Of a DNA stretch of 64,000 nucleotides, positions 42,909-50,802 are shown piece by piece. A model generated the notes under the pieces. That model made no database searches. It was not told the origin of the DNA and saw only the letters and a program-made list of their open reading frames with translations. Each line of letters begins with the position of its first letter. The first letter of the stretch is position 1. Both the position numbers and the translations under genes were made by a program. Source of the stretch: Escherichia coli (GTDB lineage: Bacteria > Pseudomonadota > Gammaproteobacteria > Enterobacterales > Enterobacteriaceae); the NCBI RefSeq assembly GCF_016903815.1, contig NZ_CP069973.1; one strand, given 5' to 3'.

Positions 42909-43074
42909 TCGAGTTCCACCTTCTTATTCATAAGGTGGAGCACTTTCAGGATTTTGAATTTATTCAATTTTTTCCTTTCTCCAAAATCTCTCCAAAACGT
43001 TTCCCCAAAACTAGGCCACGCATTTTACAACACTTTTTTCCTGAGATGGTGACGGATATTCCATATGGTGTTTG
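42909..43074. other. Prophage left junction (attL-containing region) with a short potB-like 3' tail
   Basis: Only 166 bp separate the potC start from the integrase 3' end; minus strand has an ATG-less open frame of about 35 codons ending ...KVLHLMNKKVELE with TGA overlapping the potC ATG. Confidence 0.55.
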
Positions 43075-44193
43075 TCAAATAACCAACTTAACCCATTCCT
43101 GACCTCGAGTATCGTTATAGCGATCGGTGGTTGCCTGGACTTTATGTCCTAGTAATGTTTTTGTATCGATACCCTGTGCACGGTACAGCCGTTCTGATAG
43201 AGAGCGTTGTTCATGAAATGTTGGCGGAGTTTTTCCTGCTGGTGGAATTATCCCAGCCAGATCCCGTGCTTTGGCAAAGTAGTCGCTCAGGTTGTCTTTA
43301 CTCATCGGCTTCGGTTGTTTCTGGTGCCGACTATGGATTAGATATGGACTTAATATTCTGTCTCGGCACCCATCAATAACTTCTTTTAACGTTATCCCAA
43401 TGGCATCACAGCGTAGTGTAAGCGGTAACGCCAGACGCATTCCGGTTTTTCCCTGGGTGATATGCAAGTGTTCGTTCCACACATCTGAAAAACGCATGTG
43501 GCAAATGTCATCACGGCGCTGACCAGTAACAATCGCAAGAAGCATTGCGTTACGGATAAAGTGTTTTTCAGGCGTTGCATTGTAAATTTTTTGCCAGTCT
43601 TCCATGGTGAGCCTGGCTCTGGTTACTTTAGGGATCGGTTTACGGGTAGCCTCCGGAGGATTCCATCCAGGAGGAACTTCCCCTGCATGCTGTGCTTCTT
43701 TATAAATATCAACCCATAATCCACGATTTACTCTCGCTGTGCTGACCATGTCTTTATCCAGCCACTCATCCAGTATTAATGCAAAGTCTCTTACTTCCAG
43801 TTCTTTCAATGGGTGGTTTCCCAGACGGGAAACCAGGTATGCAGCCATTCGAGTTTTTTCTTTGTGAGTTGTAGCTGCAATATCTCCATTTTTCAGTCGC
43901 GTGTCCTGTATTTTCAGATATCGATCAACCCATGCCTTTAATCTGATACCCCGACGTTTTGTTGCTGACGGACTTTCATCAATTTTGCGCATGAAATATT
44001 CAGCTTCTGCTGCAGCTATTCGCTGATTGGCTGTGGAAGCGATTTTTTCTGCCTTACCTTTGTCTGTTCCGAGTCCGTGAAATTTTCCAGTCACAGGATT
44101 TTTATACTGGTAGTAAACTCTGCCAGTTCTGCGATCAAACTTTTCGTAAAGACCGGCTACGTCAGTGCTGTTTTTTCGTGGCCTCGGTGACAT
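43075..44193 (-). CDS. int: Lambda-family tyrosine integrase
   Basis: 372 aa; C-terminus HEQRSLSERLY...LGHKVQATTDRYNDTRGQEW matches the lambda Int catalytic R-H-R-Y region. Confidence 0.92.
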   Translation of the reverse strand: MSPRPRKNSTDVAGLYEKFDRRTGRVYYQYKNPVTGKFHGLGTDKGKAEKIASTANQRIAAAEAEYFMRKIDESPSATKRRGIRLKAWVDRYLKIQDTRLKNGDIAATTHKEKTRMAAYLVSRLGNHPLKELEVRDFALILDEWLDKDMVSTARVNRGLWVDIYKEAQHAGEVPPGWNPPEATRKPIPKVTRARLTMEDWQKIYNATPEKHFIRNAMLLAIVTGQRRDDICHMRFSDVWNEHLHITQGKTGMRLALPLTLRCDAIGITLKEVIDGCRDRILSPYLIHSRHQKQPKPMSKDNLSDYFAKARDLAGIIPPAGKTPPTFHEQRSLSERLYRAQGIDTKTLLGHKVQATTDRYNDTRGQEWVKLVI

Positions 44194-44428
44194 GAGTTAA
44201 AATCTCCTTCAGTGCATCATCATCGCCAGTATGAATTTCCGGCGCAATTCCCGTTTCACCAGGCCCAACAAATACTGCTCGGCGATCTATCAGCCAACGC
44301 CCACGAATTTTTTGTGGTCTTGGAACGATGTATCCTAGTTTTCCGTATTTCACCAGGGTAGTGTTTGTTATTGGGAGACTGAACCGTTTTGGTTTCCACT
44401 CGTCGAGCGTTATCAGGTACTGTTCGCT
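44162..44428 (-). CDS. xis: Excisionase
   Basis: Small ORF overlapping int start; lambda Xis-like pattern (LDEW...RW...P.P.K.GR.W). Confidence 0.7.
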   Translation of the reverse strand, partial: SEQYLITLDEWKPKRFSLPITNTTLVKYGKLGYIVPRPQKIRGRWLIDRRAVFVGPGETGIAPEIHTGDDDALKEILTHVTEATKKQH

Positions 44429-44492
44429 CATGGCTATCACTCCGGAACGCGCCAGTTGCAGAATATCAACGACAACTGGCGACGGTTGAACA

Positions 44493-46949
44493 TTAAAAAT
44501 CAGCCTGACTCGGGATCAGTTTTTGCCAGATAACTGAAACGTATTTTGCCTGGTAACGGGCGTCATCAAGTGCATTATGGCGCTCACCTTCGAATGGAAT
44601 AGCCGTTCTGGCATCGAAGTCTATGGCTTTCCCCAGCTCAACGATTGTGCGTACATCGCGATCGTTGTAGTAACGCCACGGGCAGGGGATCCCCTGCCGT
44701 TCGTATGAACGGCGCAAAATCGTGTTGTCGAAGTTGGCTCCATTTCCCCAGACCTGAACAAAAAATTCGCCGGAGTTTTCGTCGATAAATTCCCGCAATT
44801 GTAACAGTGCATCATCTAACGGGATTTCATCGGTCATAATGGCAGATTGCGCTTCGCGTGATTGCTTAAGCCACCATTTAATGGTGTCCCGATCAATGAC
44901 TCCGCCAGCAGTTTCCAGATCGATAGTCTTACTAAATTCCGGTCCCATATCTCCGGTTTGCGGATCGAAAAATATTGCACCTATTGAGATAATCGGGGCA
45001 TCTGGATTTTTTCCCATGGTTTCAAGGTCGATCATTAGATGGTCACACGTCCCGCTGGTGGATGTGCCTTTATGATGACCGTTCACCTTAACTGAGTGAT
45101 CTGTCGCCTCGCCAGTTTCACTATCGCTATCGTGATGCTGATTGCCGCCAGGGTTCTCCTTGTGTGGATGTTCAGTGCCTTCCATTTCCTCCGGATCATT
45201 TTCCTGAACTTCAACCTGATTCTCTTCATTGAATGTTTCCTGGTATGTTGCGTCGCCCATCACCGCGCCACAATCAGGGCAGTTGCCGCCGCCGGTCTGA
45301 CCGCAGGCGGTGCAGATCTTTTCCGGTTCCTGTTGCACTACTGGTTCAGGTTGTTTCGTTTCTGGCTCGTTTTGTAACGCATTTGGGCTGTTTTGTTCCG
45401 CTTTCTGGCCGTTCTGTTCCGTTTCTTGCTGGTTCTGGTTCACAGAATCGCGGGTTTCCATCCCCTTGACCCATTTCGGATCATTCGGGTCGCTAATCCC
45501 TGCAACAAATTCTCCGCGAGAGGCCGCAAGCAACTTATCGGCGTCAGGCTGGCTGATATTGGCTGCCTGCATAATTTTGTTTACTTCGTCAGCGGTAACT
45601 TTTACCTGATTAACCGGATCTATCTGTGCCTGAGTATCCAGCGATTGCGTGTCCTGGCGATGTTCAGTTGTATTCGGCTCCATTGCTTCAGTCGTTGCCT
45701 GTTCATCTGCCATTGCGTCAGACGGTTGTGATTTTTCCTCATTATTTTTTTCTTCTTCTGTTTCGCGTTCAGCAGCCAGTTCGCGGTTAACTTCTTCCAG
45801 GATATCTTTTTCCGGTGTATGTCGTGCAGCAGCGAGAGTTTCCTCGGTAGGGTTCTCGTGATCAGTTTCCGTCAAATAGGCGTTGATATACCCCTGAAGG
45901 CGTCCCGGGTAGTGATAAAATTCAGGGTGTGCGCTTCGGATAAGTGCAAAAATAGCGGCGCGGGAATAATCCAGGATACCCGGGATTGCGCGAAGTGCTG
46001 CGGACCATTCTTTGAACGGACTTTCTTTCTTCCGGACGACTTCTTTTGCGCGACGATAAACGCTGCCCGGAATTTCATAAATATTAAAATCCATCGGAAG
46101 TGTGGCCGCTGCAATCTCCACATCCAGCGTATCGAAGGTGTGTACTAAATTCGGATTGCGATCGGTTTTGTTCCCTCCACCGGCATTAGCACCGGAAGCC
46201 GTGCGGGTGATGCGTGAAACACGATTTCCTTTCATCCACTCTTTTGTCAGCAGACCGCGATCGGTGTAGTCAGCGCCCAGGTATGCTTCGAAAAAAGCAG
46301 TCATCAGTCCCAGGTCTGAATTACCAGGATTAGGGAAAACTTTGTCCGTGTCACGAACCAGTTTGTGGAGATCGCGAATTTCCAGCGGTTCGAGTTGCGC
46401 TGCTTTATTTGAGATGGCCAGCGCGGTAACGGCGGGAAGTTTTTCATCCTGTGCGTTATGTAATGTGCGCAGTTCGTCCCGCGAAACGTGTGTGATCGGT
46501 TTTTCGCTGCCGTGCTGTGCCAGCCATCGAACAGGCAGAATCTGACCTGAAACCGGCAGGAGCATGTTCTCCTCAATCTCAGCCATGTCTTCGCCGTTGA
46601 CGTTGGTATTGTCAGTGCTGGCTGGTTTATCCTGAACAGAGGGCGAGGGCGCGATAAGTACCATTGTGATACCATCTTCACCGCCCTTTTCGTATCGGTT
46701 GCAGAATTCGGTATCAAACACGCCTTCCGGAGGAAGGTCATTCACAACGGGTAAATGGACGCGAACAGGTTTTTTAAAATCCTCTTTGTCAAATCCGGCA
46801 TCGTCCATTGCGACAACACCGCGTGATATTGCAACCGATAATTTTTTTGCTGTGCGCCAGTAAAAACCGCCTTTAATTCCAAGACGTTTTCTGATTTTGT
46901 CATTTTTGGCTTCGTAATATAGTGCAATTTCTTCTTTATCAGTGCTCAT
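44493..46949 (-). CDS. Phage exonuclease with C-terminal DEDDh (DnaQ-like) 3'-5' exonuclease domain
   Basis: 818 aa; C-terminal motifs IDLETMG and HNALDDARY; long acidic low-complexity middle region; C-x2-C...C-x2-C zinc ribbon. Confidence 0.75.
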   Translation of the reverse strand: MSTDKEEIALYYEAKNDKIRKRLGIKGGFYWRTAKKLSVAISRGVVAMDDAGFDKEDFKKPVRVHLPVVNDLPPEGVFDTEFCNRYEKGGEDGITMVLIAPSPSVQDKPASTDNTNVNGEDMAEIEENMLLPVSGQILPVRWLAQHGSEKPITHVSRDELRTLHNAQDEKLPAVTALAISNKAAQLEPLEIRDLHKLVRDTDKVFPNPGNSDLGLMTAFFEAYLGADYTDRGLLTKEWMKGNRVSRITRTASGANAGGGNKTDRNPNLVHTFDTLDVEIAAATLPMDFNIYEIPGSVYRRAKEVVRKKESPFKEWSAALRAIPGILDYSRAAIFALIRSAHPEFYHYPGRLQGYINAYLTETDHENPTEETLAAARHTPEKDILEEVNRELAAERETEEEKNNEEKSQPSDAMADEQATTEAMEPNTTEHRQDTQSLDTQAQIDPVNQVKVTADEVNKIMQAANISQPDADKLLAASRGEFVAGISDPNDPKWVKGMETRDSVNQNQQETEQNGQKAEQNSPNALQNEPETKQPEPVVQQEPEKICTACGQTGGGNCPDCGAVMGDATYQETFNEENQVEVQENDPEEMEGTEHPHKENPGGNQHHDSDSETGEATDHSVKVNGHHKGTSTSGTCDHLMIDLETMGKNPDAPIISIGAIFFDPQTGDMGPEFSKTIDLETAGGVIDRDTIKWWLKQSREAQSAIMTDEIPLDDALLQLREFIDENSGEFFVQVWGNGANFDNTILRRSYERQGIPCPWRYYNDRDVRTIVELGKAIDFDARTAIPFEGERHNALDDARYQAKYVSVIWQKLIPSQADF

Positions 46950-47026
46950 TGATAAACCTCATTACAGATTTAAGGGTGAACAAATCCCTGCCATTGCTGG
47001 CATATAAAAATGAAACCGGATATTAA

Positions 47027-47236
47027 TTACGGTGCTGTTTTAAGCCCCGCCGGGATTTCGTTATTGTCCATGTGAATAACTTTATCGACCGGATAACAGT
47101 TGCCGGGAATTTTCTGTTCCGCTGCGGCAGCCATGCATTCTTTCATTGAGTTGTACATGCCGGTGATTGCATCAAGCGACTCACCAGTATTGAGATGTAC
47201 AGTCAGAATGAGTACGAATAATGTGTTCATCGCCAC
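47027..47236 (-). CDS. Small membrane protein, YdfD-like by position (putative host-killing/lysis protein)
   Basis: 69-aa ORF with N-terminal hydrophobic segment, immediately downstream of the DicB-like gene as ydfD is in Qin; identity not verified. Confidence 0.45.
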   Translation of the reverse strand: MAMNTLFVLILTVHLNTGESLDAITGMYNSMKECMAAAAEQKIPGNCYPVDKVIHMDNNEIPAGLKTAP

Positions 47237-47415
47237 TCTCCGAAAATACCGAGTTTAAGAAGGGCAATTCTGGAGAGTATGGAATTGTCATTCAGCAGGT
47301 AGGGTTCATATTTTCTCATATTGATTGCATCCTCGGTGAAATCCCTGTTACTGAGCAGAACACCAATATTAAAGCACCCGTCAGACGTATTAACGTTTGG
47401 TAGTGACGTTTCCAT
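47227..47415 (-). CDS. dicB: DicB-like cell-division inhibitor
   Basis: 62 aa; LPNVNTSDGCFNIGVLLSN..FTEDAIN.RK closely matches recalled E. coli DicB. Confidence 0.75.
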   Translation of the reverse strand: METSLPNVNTSDGCFNIGVLLSNRDFTEDAINMRKYEPYLLNDNSILSRIALLKLGIFGEWR

Positions 47416-47425
47416 TATCGCGTCC

Positions 47426-47983
47426 TCAACAATGAATTTTTAGCAATTGCTCCACAGTCATATTTTTAATTGCGCTCCGGTTTACAAGAGTCCATCCTTG
47501 TTTCTCCAGATAAAACCGGAAGGTATCCAGGGTGCAGACCATTGCGCCGTCAGGAACGGTTTCAGTGAATTTGATATTGCCGTGTTCGTCGAGACGGATA
47601 ACCAGGGTGCGTCCGTCCCCGTGAATCATTTTGTCGGGAGACGGGGCGTTATTCTGGCGCAGTTCTTCCTCCATGCGATCGAACTCAGCGATGTAGGCTT
47701 CTTTGAAAGTTGCGGCTTTTTTACCTGTGAACCCCATCACCAGGAAAACGAAGCCGTTTTTGGTGATTTGGTACATGGGGCGTTTTTCGCCTTTGGCGTC
47801 GGTGTAGGTAACGGGCGTAAAATTGCGCTCGTTAAAATCTTCAGAGCATTCTAGCGTTTCAATTTTGCGCAGAACGTCCTTGTGCATTTTGCGGAAGAAC
47901 TCTGCAACCGCAACAGACGTAGTGACAGCGCGACCATTTTCGATGGTTACGTCAGGGTGAGAAAGGGTAGGGATAGTAGCCAT
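47426..47983 (-). CDS. rha: Rha-family phage regulatory protein
   Basis: Start at internal ATG with RBS gagg (MATIPTLSHPDVTIENGRAVTTSVAVAEFFRKMHKDVLRKIE); the ORF-track 5' extension crosses a terminator-like hairpin. Confidence 0.7.
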   Translation of the reverse strand: MATIPTLSHPDVTIENGRAVTTSVAVAEFFRKMHKDVLRKIETLECSEDFNERNFTPVTYTDAKGEKRPMYQITKNGFVFLVMGFTGKKAATFKEAYIAEFDRMEEELRQNNAPSPDKMIHGDGRTLVIRLDEHGNIKFTETVPDGAMVCTLDTFRFYLEKQGWTLVNRSAIKNMTVEQLLKIHC

Positions 47984-48463
47984 AATGGCAGCCTCTTGGT
48001 TGAGTATTAATAACTCACCACCAAGGTTTTCCACGACCATAAGGGTGGTGAGGCGTACAGGGGTGGAAATACCGGTCAACCAAGAATCCGGCCAGCCTTG
48101 CAGCTGCCCTGCACGCCCCACCATAATCTGAATGTGGCTGTGCTTGACGCATAAAAAAACCGCCTGAGCGCGGTTATGCGCTTGATTGAATTCCGGGTTT
48201 CCACGCCCGGCACCCGTTTTATGAGGTGCAGGTGCACTATAATTCCACCCGTTCTGGTTTTCAATAGCTACATTCAACATTTTCTCTTACCTTTCATCAC
48301 CGAAGTGAACTTTGTTGATGCGGTGCCTGGTGCCTCCAGGTGACGTTAACCAGTTAACAATTAACGCCGGATACAGAGAATCCACCCATAACACTGTTTT
48401 TGGTTTTAACTGTTCCGCGTGCGCTTAGCCGCATTCACCGCATCACAAAATTCACTTTAAAAA

Positions 48464-48515
48464 GGGTGGCAGAGCAGTCACGGAGTAGAACTGATGCCAC
48501 CAAAGACTACACATG
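48464..48515 (-). ncRNA. dicF: DicF-like small RNA
   Basis: Minus-strand ggtggcatcagttctactccgtgactgctctgccaccc plus U-tail matches recalled DicF 3' two-thirds at about 34 of 38 nt; 5' end approximate. Confidence 0.6.
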
Positions 48516-48810
48516 GGTATTGTGGCGGGGCTGTCACTTAAGCGTATGGTCAACCTGACAACCCGGTGCATTTTCTGGAGCAATGGAGGAAACCCCAGCC
48601 ATACTTACCGCCGCGCCATTTCGCGGATTGCCACAACCGGAAGCGCACGATCGAATTAAATTTAACGACGACCTATACAGAGAGACTAACTTCGCCGGGC
48701 GCTTTCGTGTTATGCCCTGACTTTTCAGGGATATATCCTTTTTAGTAAACTGTCAGTGCCGGATTCTTATCCGTGTCCGGCGCACGCACTCTACCTCACC
48801 TGTGAATAAA

Positions 48811-49197
48811 TTAATGATTAATTGATATTTTGTTGTTTGATTCAACTTTCCCATCGGATGTGTGATGCTTTAAATCACAGGAATTAATACTGCTCGCTGT
48901 AAAATGATTTTCAAGGGGAGCTATTCGAATCCCTTTCTTTTTCATTAACAAGCCAAATCCTTTATTAATGATGTCCATTAATTCCAGGAAGTATTTTTCA
49001 TGTAAATCCTGGTTATCAGAGAGCTGCTTCTCTTCGTACAGACCGATAAAGGCACGACGCACGTTACCGGATATAGTATCGATGGTTTCTTTTTCTACGG
49101 TACTCAGGTCAAGAGTCGCCAGTTGAGAGCGAACCACATTCGATGCCATTTCCTGGAATGGTACTGGTAAATCTTTAAATTCCATCGTCAACCTCAT
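48811..49197 (-). CDS. Hypothetical protein, early-left operon
   Basis: 128-aa ORF whose start overlaps the stop of the upstream small gene; 3' half markedly AT-rich; no recognised motif. Confidence 0.55.
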   Translation of the reverse strand: MRLTMEFKDLPVPFQEMASNVVRSQLATLDLSTVEKETIDTISGNVRRAFIGLYEEKQLSDNQDLHEKYFLELMDIINKGFGLLMKKKGIRIAPLENHFTASSINSCDLKHHTSDGKVESNNKISINH

Positions 49198-49349
49198 CAG
49201 TCAGTGTTTCTGGTTAACCAGCGACGCGCGCCAGCTTCAGTTTGAAACGTTTTGCTTCTGGTATACGTCATCGCGGTAAACGTGCCGTCCTGGTTGGGAA
49301 ACACGCCGCATACCAGAGATTCGTTGTTGCCAAGATCGATAGTATCCAT
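49197..49349 (-). CDS. YdfA-like small protein
   Basis: Start placed at internal MDTIDLGNNESLV...TAMTYTRSKTF, which resembles recalled Qin YdfA; the ORF-track start at 49403 is also possible. Confidence 0.5.
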   Translation of the reverse strand: MDTIDLGNNESLVCGVFPNQDGTFTAMTYTRSKTFQTEAGARRWLTRNTD

Positions 49350-49403
49350 GCTGACCTCATTTCCCCTTAACGCCAGGGTAGCGGAACTGTTTGCTGAGAA
49401 CAC

Positions 49404-49555
49404 CGTGCGGTGTCTTGATGAGTAGAATTTAGAATAACCTAAGAATTATGGTCAAGCTTTTTGTGTAGAAAAACCTAAGTTTTTTGATGTAAAAAACACA
49501 AGCATTTGAAAGTTTGTGCTTTTTATTACAGAGAGTGGCGAAAAAAAAGGGAGGT
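49404..49555 (-). promoter_or_regulatory. Early-left promoter/operator region (PdicB analogue)
   Basis: 152-bp AT-rich gap with repeated aacctaag and ttgatg/ttgtgtag motifs. Confidence 0.4.
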
Positions 49556-49963
49556 TTATTTATTTGCGCTTCTTTTGCGAGCTTTGAGTAGTTCTTCAAA
49601 AAGTTTGTTGAAATTCTCAACTCGAGCACGCATCTCTGACAACAGAGCCTTTTGCTCTGACTCAGGCAGTGCGTCGAACAGTTGAAGCAACTCTTTTTGA
49701 TCTTCTGTCAGATTAACTGGCTGATTATCTGGGATCGGTTCGCCTGGTTGCTTATCTTCATCTCCAAAAAGAAGCCAAGTCGGCGAGCACTGAAGCGCCT
49801 GGCTCAGTGCGAATAATCTCTTCCCCGCTGGCTGTGTTTCATCTCTTTCCCATTGAGAAATTGTTACGTGAGCCACTTTGACCAGCTTACCTAATGCGGC
49901 CTGAGACAGTTTTAATTTTTTACGCCTGTATAAGAGGCGAGCACCGAAGGTTTCGTTTTTCAT
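49556..49963 (-). CDS. dicA: DicA-type HTH (XRE) prophage repressor
   Basis: 135 aa; LSQAALGKLVKVAHVTISQWERDETQPAGKRLFALSQALQCSPTWLLFGDEDKQP and MRARVENFNKLFEELLKARKR closely match recalled DicA. Confidence 0.85.
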   Translation of the reverse strand: MKNETFGARLLYRRKKLKLSQAALGKLVKVAHVTISQWERDETQPAGKRLFALSQALQCSPTWLLFGDEDKQPGEPIPDNQPVNLTEDQKELLQLFDALPESEQKALLSEMRARVENFNKLFEELLKARKRSANK

Positions 49964-50039
49964 ATTAGGTAATTCTAATTTTTCTTGACTTAGGTTTCTC
50001 TACGATCTAGTTTCCTTAGGAAAATCTAAGGAGTTCGAT
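49964..50039. promoter_or_regulatory. Divergent repressor/cro promoter-operator region
   Basis: 76-bp gap with repeated cttagg/cctaag half-sites (acttaggtttc, ccttaggaaaatctaagg). Confidence 0.5.
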
Positions 50040-50267
50040 ATGTTGAAAATTGATGCTATAGCGTTTTTTGGCAGCAAAACAAAGCTTGCCAATGCCGCAG
50101 GAGTTAGGCTGGCAAGCGTTGCTGCATGGGGGAAACTGGTTCCTGAAGGTCGCGCGATGCGTCTACAGGAGGCATCCGGCGGGGAACTTCAGTACGACCC
50201 CAAAGTTTATGACGAATATCGTAAGGCAAAGCGGGCGGGGCGGTTGAACAATGAAAATCACCCCTGA
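50040..50267 (+). CDS. dicC: Cro-like regulator (DicC/YdaS family)
   Basis: 75 aa; FGSKTKLANAAGVRLASV...LVPEGRAMRLQEASGGELQYDPKVYDEY matches YdaS/DicC. Confidence 0.8.
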   Translation: MLKIDAIAFFGSKTKLANAAGVRLASVAAWGKLVPEGRAMRLQEASGGELQYDPKVYDEYRKAKRAGRLNNENHP

Positions 50268-50802
50268 ACAGGTTTGTGAGGCTCTGGATGCCTGGGTATG
50301 TCGACCAGGAATGACACAGGAGCAAGCGACGATATTAATCACGGAAGCATTCTGGGCTCTGAAAGAACGCCCGAACATCGATGTTCAACGCGTCACGTTT
50401 AATGATGGCGAGGTTGATCAACGGGCGCTGGGCGTTAACCGGGTGAAGATATTCGAACGCTGGAAAGCTATCGACACCAGGGATAAGCGGAAAAAATTCA
50501 CGGCGCTGATTCCGGCAATTATGGAGGCTATCCGAATTAGTGATTTCAGGTTGTATCGTGAGATCAGTGATGGAAAAAGCATTACGTACATGATCGCCGG
50601 ATTAAACAAAGAATATGGCGATGTGGTGGAGTCCGGGCTGCTTTTTGCGGATCCAGCTGTTGTGGAACGTGAGACTGACGAGCTTATAGAAAAAGCTATT
50701 GCTTTCAAGCATGCGTATCGTCAGCAATATCAATATTACTTTGCAGATAAACAAATGTCTGCCAGGGGTTTGTATGAGTATCGATGCACTACGATGGGCT
50801 AA
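50251..50802 (+). CDS. YdaT-like protein (CII-position regulator/toxin family)
   Basis: 183 aa; KFTALIPAIMEAIRISDFRL resembles recalled YdaT; position after cro analogue. Confidence 0.6.
   Translation: MKITPEQVCEALDAWVCRPGMTQEQATILITEAFWALKERPNIDVQRVTFNDGEVDQRALGVNRVKIFERWKAIDTRDKRKKFTALIPAIMEAIRISDFRLYREISDGKSITYMIAGLNKEYGDVVESGLLFADPAVVERETDELIEKAIAFKHAYRQQYQYYFADKQMSARGLYEYRCTTMG

Noticed and set aside
45096-46148. Cluster of plus-strand ORFs rich in Cys/Phe/Ser
   Set aside because: Antisense to the low-complexity acidic region of the phage exonuclease; compositional artefact
47984-48280. 100-codon N-terminal extension of the Rha ORF
   Set aside because: No RBS at 48280, an intrinsic terminator hairpin lies inside it, and a good ATG with RBS exists at 47983; treated as non-coding
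48915-48935. tRNA-like T-loop string ttcgaatcc
   Set aside because: Lies inside a coding frame, lacks the preceding GG and any acceptor-stem or anticodon-arm complement; chance occurrence
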